Positions 16,682-23,939 of a stretch of DNA of 33,937 nt are shown piece by piece. The position numbers were made by a program, and so were the translations under genes. Origin of the DNA: Acidobacteriota bacterium. GTDB lineage: Bacteria > Acidobacteriota > Polarisedimenticolia > Polarisedimenticolales > DASRJG01. The stretch lies in the NCBI GenBank assembly GCA_043740355.1, contig JAYUCM010000091.1, forward strand, positions 1 to 33,937, written 5' to 3'. The notes below the pieces were generated by a model that saw only the letters and a program-made list of their open reading frames with translations, had not been told where the DNA came from and searched no databases. Each line of letters begins with the position of its first letter. The stretch's first letter is position 1.

Positions 16682-17868
16682 GGTGCCCCCGACGCGTCCC
16701 GCAGTACGAAGCATTTCAAGTACCGGCCTTCGGGAAACCCGAGCCGGACGGGATGGTCTGCCGCCTGTCCCCGCCGCTCGACGACGATCGCGTCCCGGCC
16801 GGCATCCGCGGCGGCCTCGCGTAAGAGGCCTTCGAACGACGGCTCGTCGAGGTTGTACGAGCACGACGACGTGACGAGCACACCGCCGGGTGCGAGGAGC
16901 CGAAGCGCGCGCACGTTGATTTCTTTGTACCCCCGGCGGGCGGCGGGAACGTCGCCGCGGCTCTTCGCGAACGCCGGGGGGTCGAGCATCACGAGATCGA
17001 ACCGTTCACCCCGCCGCTCCCGAGCGCGCAGGTCCTCGAAGGCGTTCGCTTCGACGAACGTCAGGTTTGTCGCGCCGTTCCTCGTGGCGTTGGCCCGTCC
17101 GCGGGCTAGGGCTTCCGCCGAGGCGTCGACGACGACGACCTCCGTCGCCCGTCGCGCGGCGTGGAGCGCGAACGCAGCGTGATACGAAAACACGTCGAGT
17201 ACGCGGCCGTGGCCGTACGCGCCGCAAGCGACGCGGTTTTCCCGTTGATCCAGGAATGCGCCCGTCTTTTGTCCGCGCCACGGATCGGCGGCGTAGGACA
17301 CGCCTCCCTCGTCGACGACGACCTCCTCCGGTGTGGTTCCCGACAGCTGCCGGACCTCGCGGTCGAGCCCTTCGAGCGTTCGCACGGAGGGGTCGTTCCT
17401 GGCGAGCACCGACTCGATGGCGACGCGTTCGCGCAGCCTGGCTACGACGTGATCGACGACACGCTCGGCGCCCGCCGTCAGCATCTGAACCACCAGGTGG
17501 GTTCCGTAGAGATCCGCGACGAGCCCGGGTAGATCGTCCCCTTCACCGAAGACCAGACGTCGGGCGGACCATCGCGCCAGCTCCGCGCCGCGCCGCGCGA
17601 GCGCCTCGTCGACGCGGGCCGCCCAAAACGCCCCATCGGGGACGGTATCCGTGCGAGAAACCATCCGCAGCGCGATCTTCGAGCGGGCCGACCAGAACGC
17701 GACGCCTAGAACCTCGCCTGCGTTGTCGCGGACGCGCACGAGGTCCCCGTGCGCTGCGCCGTTCGACGCGGCCACGTCGTCGCCGAAGACCCAGGGGTGA
17801 AGCGCTGCGATGCGCCGCTTGGCGCGAAGCCGGACCGTGACGTCGGGGAGCTGCCCGGGGAGCGACAT
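16678..17868 (-). CDS. rlmI: Class I SAM-dependent rRNA (cytosine-C5) methyltransferase, RlmI family (PUA-like N-terminus)
   Basis: 396 aa. DPWRGQKTGAFLDQRENR, VLDVFSYHAAFALHAA and FDLVMLDPPAFAKS (DPPxF) are typical of the RlmI/RlmK type. A GAGGA Shine-Dalgarno sequence lies upstream. Confidence 0.85.
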   Translation of the reverse strand: MSLPGQLPDVTVRLRAKRRIAALHPWVFGDDVAASNGAAHGDLVRVRDNAGEVLGVAFWSARSKIALRMVSRTDTVPDGAFWAARVDEALARRGAELARWSARRLVFGEGDDLPGLVADLYGTHLVVQMLTAGAERVVDHVVARLRERVAIESVLARNDPSVRTLEGLDREVRQLSGTTPEEVVVDEGGVSYAADPWRGQKTGAFLDQRENRVACGAYGHGRVLDVFSYHAAFALHAARRATEVVVVDASAEALARGRANATRNGATNLTFVEANAFEDLRARERRGERFDLVMLDPPAFAKSRGDVPAARRGYKEINVRALRLLAPGGVLVTSSCSYNLDEPSFEGLLREAAADAGRDAIVVERRGQAADHPVRLGFPEGRYLKCFVLRDASGAP

Positions 17869-17899
17869 CTCAGCGCGGAAGGAGCGTCCTCACGACGCC

Positions 17900-18697
17900 C
17901 TACTCGTCCGAGTCGTCGCCGTCCACGACGAGCGGGTCGTCGTCGAGAACCTCGTCTTCCACCTCCGGCTCGGTCTCCTCGTCCACGGGCGCCACGTCCT
18001 CGGGCTCGTCCGTCGGCTCTTCGTCGTCGCCGACGTGGAACGGGAATTGCGGAAGCAGCCCCTTCTCCTCGAGCTCCTGGCAGCGCACGCAATGCCGGGC
18101 CCAGGGCTGAACCTCGAGGCGCTTCAGGGCGACGTCCTCGCCGCACTGCTGGCAGTACCCGTATTCGCCGCGGTCGATCCGGTTCAACGCCTCTTCGACG
18201 AGCAGGAGGTGCTTGCGGTCGAGCTCGGTGAGCGAAAGCAGGAACTCGCGCGCGTAGGAGTTCACCGCGTAGTCGACGTAGTCCTCGGTCCCGTTGTCGA
18301 GCTCCGCTTGGGAGTCGCCCTTGCTGATCGCGTAGGCGCGCATCAGGTCTTGGCGCTTCTTCAGGAGCAACTCGCGAAAGTGAGCGCGCTCCTTGCGCCG
18401 CGCGGCGATCGACGCGGGCTTCGGCACGCGCCGCTTCGGAGCCTTGGGTTTGGCGAGCGCCGGCGGCGCCTTGAGAACGGCCTTCGCCGCGCGCACGTCT
18501 TTTGGCGGCTTGCGGGAGAGCTTGCCGGGTCCCTTGGCGCCCGGCTTCACGGCCGGCTTGGCAGGTGTGGGCTTCTTCGCGACGGGCCTTGCGGCGGGCG
18601 TTTTTTTCTTCGTGGCGGCGGCCTTGGCGGGCCTCTTGGCCACGCGCTTCGCGAGCTTTCCGGCGGGCGTCTTGGCCTTCGACGACTTCGCTTTCAT
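17900..18697 (-). CDS. DksA/TraR-family C4 zinc-finger protein with a Lys/Ala/Pro-rich N-terminal tail and an acidic C-terminal tail
   Basis: CQQC-x17-CVRC zinc finger. DYVDYA fits the DksA coiled-coil tip motif DxxDxA. The first roughly 97 aa are KAKSSKAKTPAGKLAKRVAKRPAKAAATKKKTPAARPVAKKPTPAKPAVKPGAK... The last 43 aa are Asp/Glu-rich. Start taken at ATG 18697 (MKAKSS); the track start at 18799 adds a non-coding-looking leader. Confidence 0.8.
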   Translation of the reverse strand: MKAKSSKAKTPAGKLAKRVAKRPAKAAATKKKTPAARPVAKKPTPAKPAVKPGAKGPGKLSRKPPKDVRAAKAVLKAPPALAKPKAPKRRVPKPASIAARRKERAHFRELLLKKRQDLMRAYAISKGDSQAELDNGTEDYVDYAVNSYAREFLLSLTELDRKHLLLVEEALNRIDRGEYGYCQQCGEDVALKRLEVQPWARHCVRCQELEEKGLLPQFPFHVGDDEEPTDEPEDVAPVDEETEPEVEDEVLDDDPLVVDGDDSDE

Positions 18698-18746
18698 CGG
18701 GAACCCTATGTCGTGCGGGCGCGATTCACGCTCGCGAAAGCGCGGC

Positions 18747-18775
18747 ACTATACCGTCCTGCCCTCGGAGCGTCAA
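18747..18775 (-). promoter_or_regulatory. Near-consensus sigma-70 promoter upstream of the dksA-like gene
   Basis: The minus strand reads TTGACG-(17 nt)-TATAGT. The -10 ends about 50 nt upstream of ATG 18697. Confidence 0.5.
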
Positions 18776-18884
18776 GGATCGTGAGGCGCCTCGATTCATG
18801 GCAAATCACGGCCTATTCGTGCGATTCTTCGTCGTCTCCGCCTTCGGCCACCGTTTCTCCTTTACCGTGCAAAGGGGCGCCTTC

Positions 18885-19925
18885 ATGAACGTGTTGGTGA
18901 CTGGAACCGACGGGTACCTCGGCTCTCTGCTCGCACCGGTTCTGATGGGGCAGGGCTTCGACGTCACGGGTGTCGACACCGGCTACCACAGGGCGGGCTG
19001 GCTCTACAACCCCGCCGGCATGACGGTGAAGACGCTGAACAAGGACTTGCGCGAGATCGTGTCCGACGACCTCAAGGGGATCGAGGCGGTCGTCCACATG
19101 GCCGAGCTCTCGAACGACCCGGCGGGCGACCTGGCCCCCCACATCACCTACGCGATCAACCACCGAGGGTCGGTGCGGCTGGCCGAGATCGCGAAGGCGG
19201 CGGGGGTCCGCCGCTTCATCTACATGTCGTCGTGCAGCGTGTACGGGGTGGGGACGGACGACTACGTCGACGAGAACACGCCGACGAGCCCGCAGACGGC
19301 GTACGCGATCTGCAAGACCTTCGTCGAGCGCGACGTCCGGACGCTCGCCAACGACGCCTTCTCGCCGACGTTTTTTCGCAATGCAACCGCGTTCGGCGCC
19401 TCGCCGCGCATGCGCTTCGACATCGTGCTGAACAATCTATGCGGCCTGGCCTTCACGACCCGCGAAATCAAGATGACGAGCGATGGGTCGCCCTGGCGGC
19501 CGTTGGTGCACGGCCTCGACATCTGCCGGGCGATCGCCGCCTCCCTGAACGCCCCCCGGGAAAACGTCCACAACGAGATCATGAACGTCGGCGACACGGC
19601 GCAGAACTACCGCGTGCGGGAAATCGCGGAGATCGTGGGCGAGGTGTTCCCCGGCTGCGCCGTGTCGTTCGGCGCCGTCGGCTCGGACAACCGCAGCTAC
19701 CGAGTGTCCTTCGAGAAGATCCACAAGCACCTTCCGAGCTTCCGCTGCGCCTGGGACGCGCGACGCGGCGCACGGCAGCTGTTGGAATTGTTCAAGAGAA
19801 TCAACTTCACCGCCGAGATGTTCCAGCATCGGGGATTCACCCGATTGAAGCAGCTCGAGTACCTGTTGAAGACCGGCCAGATCGATTCGAACTTCTTCTG
19901 GACGAAGACCGATTTCCTCGACTGA
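18885..19925 (+). CDS. NAD-dependent sugar epimerase/reductase (extended SDR)
   Basis: MNVLVTGTDGYLGS Rossmann motif, SSCSVYG and YAICK (YxxxK). It lacks the TDE signature I associate with 4,6-dehydratases. The track ORF upstream of 18885 is antisense to the dksA-like gene. Confidence 0.85.
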   Translation: MNVLVTGTDGYLGSLLAPVLMGQGFDVTGVDTGYHRAGWLYNPAGMTVKTLNKDLREIVSDDLKGIEAVVHMAELSNDPAGDLAPHITYAINHRGSVRLAEIAKAAGVRRFIYMSSCSVYGVGTDDYVDENTPTSPQTAYAICKTFVERDVRTLANDAFSPTFFRNATAFGASPRMRFDIVLNNLCGLAFTTREIKMTSDGSPWRPLVHGLDICRAIAASLNAPRENVHNEIMNVGDTAQNYRVREIAEIVGEVFPGCAVSFGAVGSDNRSYRVSFEKIHKHLPSFRCAWDARRGARQLLELFKRINFTAEMFQHRGFTRLKQLEYLLKTGQIDSNFFWTKTDFLD

Positions 19926-20013
19926 AAGCCGAGAAAGCGGCGCGCTCTTGCCTTCCGGGTCTCCCCGGGACTACGTTTTGTCCGCACACGAGGCGTGAGG
20001 GTAAAGCCAAGCG

Positions 20014-20577
20014 ATGATATTCACCGAGACGAAGCTCAAGGGCGCCTACCTCATCGACCTCGAACGCCGGGAGGACTCGCGCGGGTTCTTCGCGCGATCG
20101 TTTTGCCAGAACGAGTTCGAGGCGCACGGCCTGAAGCCGATCATCGCGCAGTCGAACCTGGCCTTCAACCACCTCAAGGGGACGCTGCGCGGGATGCACT
20201 TCCAGTTTCCCCCCTCCGCCGAAACGAAGCTCGTTCGCGCGACGCGGGGCGCGATTCTCGACATCATCGTCGACCTCCGCCCGGAGAGCGCGACCTACCT
20301 GCGGCACATCGCGGTGACGCTCGACGAAGACAATCACCGCGCTCTCTACGTCCCCGAGCGCTTCGCGCACGGGTATCAAGTTCTCGCGGACCGCACCGAG
20401 ACGAGCTACCAGGTCGGCGCGTTCTATGCTCCGTCCTGCGAAAGCGGCTTGCGCCACGACGACCCGAGGCTCCGGCTCACGTGGCCGCTGCCCGTCTCGG
20501 TCATCTCCGACAAGGACCAGGTATTCAAGCTCTTGGACGAGGTCGAGCCGGAGCTCAAGCGCCGCATGAGCGCCTAG
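20014..20577 (+). CDS. rmlC: NDP-4-dehydro-6-deoxyhexose 3,5-epimerase (RmlC-type cupin)
   Basis: DSRGFFARSF...LRGMHFQ...KLVRATRGAILDIIVD...YVPERFAHGY aligns by eye with E. coli RmlC motifs. Confidence 0.9.
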   Translation: MIFTETKLKGAYLIDLERREDSRGFFARSFCQNEFEAHGLKPIIAQSNLAFNHLKGTLRGMHFQFPPSAETKLVRATRGAILDIIVDLRPESATYLRHIAVTLDEDNHRALYVPERFAHGYQVLADRTETSYQVGAFYAPSCESGLRHDDPRLRLTWPLPVSVISDKDQVFKLLDEVEPELKRRMSA

Positions 20578-20611
20578 ACCGCCAAGCTCGCGTTACAACG
20601 AGGAACCGCGG

Positions 20612-21943
20612 ATGATCATCGTCGACAACGCGCTGCGGGCCCGTGAGGAGCAAGGGAAACCGATTCGCGTCGGCATGCTCGGCGCCGGGTTCATGGGACA
20701 GGGGCTCGCGAATCAGATCGTCAACAGCGTCCCCGGCATGCACCTCGACGCCGTATACAGCCGCAAGCCGGAGAAGGGCCGCCACGTCTTCAACTACGCG
20801 GGCCGCGAAGGCGTCGTCGTCGCGACCACGCAGGCGCAATGCGAAGACGCTCTCCGTGCGGGGAAGCCGGTGGTGACCGAAGACGCCTTCCTGCTCGCGC
20901 GCTCTCCCAGCCTCGATGTCCTCGTGGACGTCACCGGCAGCGTCGAGTTCGGAGCGAACGTCTTCATGGAAGCGTTCCGCCACCGCAAGGACGTCGTCCT
21001 GATGAACGCCGAGCTCGACGCGACGATCGGGCCGATCATGCAGGTGCATGCGAAAAAACAAGGCGTGATCATGTCGGCCTGCGACGGGGACGAGCCCGGA
21101 GTTCAGATGAACCTCTGCCGCTGGGTCAAGGGCCTGGGGTTGATCCCGCGCGTCATGGGGAACATCAAGGGTCTCCAAGATCCCTACCGCAACCCGACGA
21201 CCCAAGCCGGGTTCGCGGAGAAGTGGAGACAGAATCCCGCGATGGTCACGAGCTTCGCCGACGGCTCGAAGATCAGCTTCGAGCAGGCGATCGTGGCGAA
21301 CGCCACGGGGTTTTCCGTCCAGTCCCGGGGGATGTCGCGGGGCCGGGAATATCGCGGTGACGTCATGAAGATCGGGGAGCTCTACGACATCGACGCGTTG
21401 CGGCGCCTAGGCGGCGTCGTCGACTACGTCGTGGGCACCCCGCTGACCAAGGTCTACTGCCTGGCCGAGCATCCCGATCCCAAGCAGCAGCACTACCTGA
21501 GCCTCTACAAGATGGGCGACGGGCCCCTCTACCCGTTCTTCATCCCCTACCACCTCGTTCACTTCGAGGCGCCCTCGGCGATCGCCCGCGTCGTTTTGTT
21601 CCGCGATCCCGTCGCGGAGCCTTTGGGCGGTCCGGTGGTCGAGGTCTGCGCCGTGGCGAAGACCAGCCTCACGGCCGGTCAGGTTCTCGACGATTACGGC
21701 ATGTACATGACCTACGGAGAGGCGGTCAACGTCGAGGAGATGAGCGCCAACCGCTATCTCCCCGAGGGCCTCGTCGAAGGCTGCAAGCTCACGCGAGACA
21801 TCGCGAAAGACGCCGTCATCACATACGACGACGTCGAGCTCCCCGCGAACCGGCTCGCCGACCGGCTGCGTGCCGAGCAGTACGTCCACTTTCGACGCGA
21901 GTCGTGGCTGTCCGATCGGCTCAAGGTGGGAGGTCGAACGTGA
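20612..21943 (+). CDS. NAD(P)-binding oxidoreductase with a C-terminal SAF-like domain (homoserine-dehydrogenase-like, COG4091-type)
   Basis: N-terminal Rossmann motif (VGMLGAGFMGQG). 443 aa. Family assignment is from memory of this architecture, which is commonly found in sugar-modification clusters. A GAGGA Shine-Dalgarno sequence lies 7 nt upstream. Confidence 0.7.
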   Translation: MIIVDNALRAREEQGKPIRVGMLGAGFMGQGLANQIVNSVPGMHLDAVYSRKPEKGRHVFNYAGREGVVVATTQAQCEDALRAGKPVVTEDAFLLARSPSLDVLVDVTGSVEFGANVFMEAFRHRKDVVLMNAELDATIGPIMQVHAKKQGVIMSACDGDEPGVQMNLCRWVKGLGLIPRVMGNIKGLQDPYRNPTTQAGFAEKWRQNPAMVTSFADGSKISFEQAIVANATGFSVQSRGMSRGREYRGDVMKIGELYDIDALRRLGGVVDYVVGTPLTKVYCLAEHPDPKQQHYLSLYKMGDGPLYPFFIPYHLVHFEAPSAIARVVLFRDPVAEPLGGPVVEVCAVAKTSLTAGQVLDDYGMYMTYGEAVNVEEMSANRYLPEGLVEGCKLTRDIAKDAVITYDDVELPANRLADRLRAEQYVHFRRESWLSDRLKVGGRT

Positions 21944-22722
21944 AGGTCGTGCTGTTTTGCGGGGGCTTCGGTATGCGCATGCGCGAGTTCTCCGAAGCCA
22001 TCCCCAAGCCGATGGTCCCGATCGGCTACCGCCCCATCCTGTGGCACGTGATGAAGTACTACGCCCACTACGGGCACAAGGACTTCATCCTGTGCCTGGG
22101 GTACAAGGCCGATGTCATCAAGAACTACTTCCTCGAGTACGACGAGTGCCTGTCCAACGACTTCGTCTTCTCGAAGGGCGGGAAGAGCCTGGAGCTGCTG
22201 AGTCGAGACATCGACGACTGGAACATCACGTTCGTCGACACCGGGCTCACGACGAACATCGGCGGGCGCCTCAAGGCCGTGCAGAAACACCTGAAGGGCG
22301 AGCCGGTGTTCCTCGCCAACTACACGGACGGACTGTCGGACGTCCATCTGCCCTCCGTCGTCGGCGCCTTCGAGCGGAGCCGGAACGTGGCCTCGTTCGT
22401 GAGCGTGAAGCCTCGGGCCAGCTTCCACCTGATCGATACGGACGACGCGGGCGTCGTGAAGAGCATCGAGCACATCGGAAAATCGGGGTCGAGGATCAAC
22501 GGCGGATTCCTCGCCTTGCGGCCTGAGATCTTCGACTACCTGAACGACGGTGAAGATCTCGTCGAGGAGCCGTTCCGGCGTCTCATCGCGGACGGCAAGC
22601 TGATGGCGTACCCGCACGAGGGATTCTGGGCGTGCATGGACACGTTCAAGGAGAGGCAGGAGCTCGAAGACGTCTACGGCCGGGGGAACGCGCCGTGGGC
22701 CGTCTGGAATCATCGCGATTGA
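21940..22722 (+). CDS. rfbF: Glucose-1-phosphate cytidylyltransferase
   Basis: GTG 21940 forms a GTGA overlap with the upstream stop. VKVVLFCGGFGMRMREFSEAIPKPMVPIGYRPILWHVMKYY...INGGFLAL...GFWACMDTFKERQELE...GNAPWAVW closely parallels Salmonella RfbF. Confidence 0.9.
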   Translation: MKVVLFCGGFGMRMREFSEAIPKPMVPIGYRPILWHVMKYYAHYGHKDFILCLGYKADVIKNYFLEYDECLSNDFVFSKGGKSLELLSRDIDDWNITFVDTGLTTNIGGRLKAVQKHLKGEPVFLANYTDGLSDVHLPSVVGAFERSRNVASFVSVKPRASFHLIDTDDAGVVKSIEHIGKSGSRINGGFLALRPEIFDYLNDGEDLVEEPFRRLIADGKLMAYPHEGFWACMDTFKERQELEDVYGRGNAPWAVWNHRD

Positions 22723-22849
22723 CTCGGCGTCCCCCGAGGCATCGAAGCGCAATTACTTCCTTTTCCTCCGCGGCGGCCTGAACTATGCTCCGCGCGGACG
22801 ACCGCTGGGAGCTGGTCGCGCATTCCGCGCGATGTTGAAAGGGGGCTCG

Positions 22850-23884
22850 ATGACGATGAGACGAGGGGTGAGGCTCGCGGCGCTCGCGATCGCCGCCGTG
22901 ACGGTGATCGGGGTCGCGCGAGCCAGCGACAAGGACGACGGTTTCTTCATCTTCTTGGACGCCGCGTACGCTTCGCCGCAGAACACCGACGAGGTTCTGG
23001 CGACGACGCAACTGTTCGGGGCGACGCAGTCCGAGTCGACGATTCGAACGGATTTTGGCAACGACTTCGGGGGTCGCCTGGGATTCGGCTACAAGTGGAA
23101 GGGTGGCGGGAGCCTCAGCGTCCAGTATTGGAAGTACGACACGGACGAGCGGACCCAAGCCGACGGCCCGGCGGGCGGGTTCATGAATTTCGCGATCGGT
23201 CCGGCGTCGACCTACTACGTCGCTGGCTATCCCGTTGGTGCCTACTATTATCGCGGCACGTACGGCTTTCCCGGCTCGCTGGACATCGAGTCGAAGGTCA
23301 AGGCCCAAACGCTTGACGTGATCTGGGGCCGCGATCACGACCTCACCGAGAATCTGACGCTCGGGTGGTCGCTCGGCCTCCGTTATGCGAAGTTCGAAGA
23401 GACGATCACGGGCACGTACGACTCCTACGAAGCGGCTTCCGCCGGCTACTACTCGTACGATGTTCGCAAGCACAACAAAGGCACGATGGCCGGCTTCAAG
23501 GCCGGCCTGCGGGTGACGCGGAACTTCGGCAAGAGCTTCGGCGTATCCTCGGGACTGGGCTTCTCGTTCCTCAAAGGGAAGGTCGAATCCACGTCCAGCC
23601 GAGGCTACCCGGTCGGCTCGTTCGGGGACGAGAACGGGCTGGGCGTAACACTGGCATCGTCGCGCGACAAGGACCGCTCAGGTCTGATTCGCGATTTTGA
23701 CGTTGGATGCTACTGGCGCATCGCCGACGATCACTTCCGCGTGGGGGTCGGATGGGAGCAATCGTCCTGGGACGGCGTTCCCCACGATCTCATACGGAAC
23801 ACCCAAGGCTCCCTGGTCAACGTGCCGGAGCGCAACAACGTCGCGTTCTCGGGCTGGAAGATCGGTCTCTACGGCCGATTCTGA
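22850..23884 (+). CDS. Outer-membrane beta-barrel protein (putative porin)
   Basis: ATG 22850 follows GAAAGGGGG. Signal peptide MTMRRGVRLAALAIAAVTVIGVARA. The sequence is Gly/Tyr/Phe-rich with alternating hydrophobic residues. The C-terminus WKIGLYGRF ends in the terminal aromatic typical of barrels. Confidence 0.65.
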   Translation: MTMRRGVRLAALAIAAVTVIGVARASDKDDGFFIFLDAAYASPQNTDEVLATTQLFGATQSESTIRTDFGNDFGGRLGFGYKWKGGGSLSVQYWKYDTDERTQADGPAGGFMNFAIGPASTYYVAGYPVGAYYYRGTYGFPGSLDIESKVKAQTLDVIWGRDHDLTENLTLGWSLGLRYAKFEETITGTYDSYEAASAGYYSYDVRKHNKGTMAGFKAGLRVTRNFGKSFGVSSGLGFSFLKGKVESTSSRGYPVGSFGDENGLGVTLASSRDKDRSGLIRDFDVGCYWRIADDHFRVGVGWEQSSWDGVPHDLIRNTQGSLVNVPERNNVAFSGWKIGLYGRF

Positions 23885-23911
23885 CGCGCTCCGCCATACG
23901 GCTGTCTCGAC

Positions 23912-23939
23912 AGGCCGGCCCTTCGGGGCCGGCCTTTTT
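23912..23939 (+). terminator. Rho-independent terminator
   Basis: A GGCCGGCCC-TTCG-GGGCCGGCC perfect 9-bp GC stem with a tetraloop is followed by TTTTT. It lies between convergent genes, and the T-tract abuts the stop of the minus-strand gene. Confidence 0.75.

Noticed and set aside
16682-16864. N-terminal extension of the giant ORF (track start 16864, or ATG 16714)
   Set aside because: The extension is Arg/Pro-rich, lies wholly inside the rlmI coding sequence, and precedes the hydrophobic signal segment. GTG 16681 in a GTGA overlap matches the coupling style seen elsewhere in the window. ATG 16714 cannot be fully excluded.
18393-18884. 5' extension of the SDR ORF (track start 18393), and ORF 17810..18784 (+)
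   Set aside because: Both are antisense to the Lys/Ala/Pro-rich coding region of the dksA-like gene and give Ala/Gly/Arg low-complexity translations. The SDR Rossmann fold begins right at ATG 18885.
19954-19980. Small TCCGGG-loop-CCCGGA hairpin followed by a T-containing stretch after the SDR gene
   Set aside because: The stem is only 6 bp and the T-tract is interrupted. This is too weak to call a terminator. The downstream rmlC-type gene probably belongs to the same transcript.
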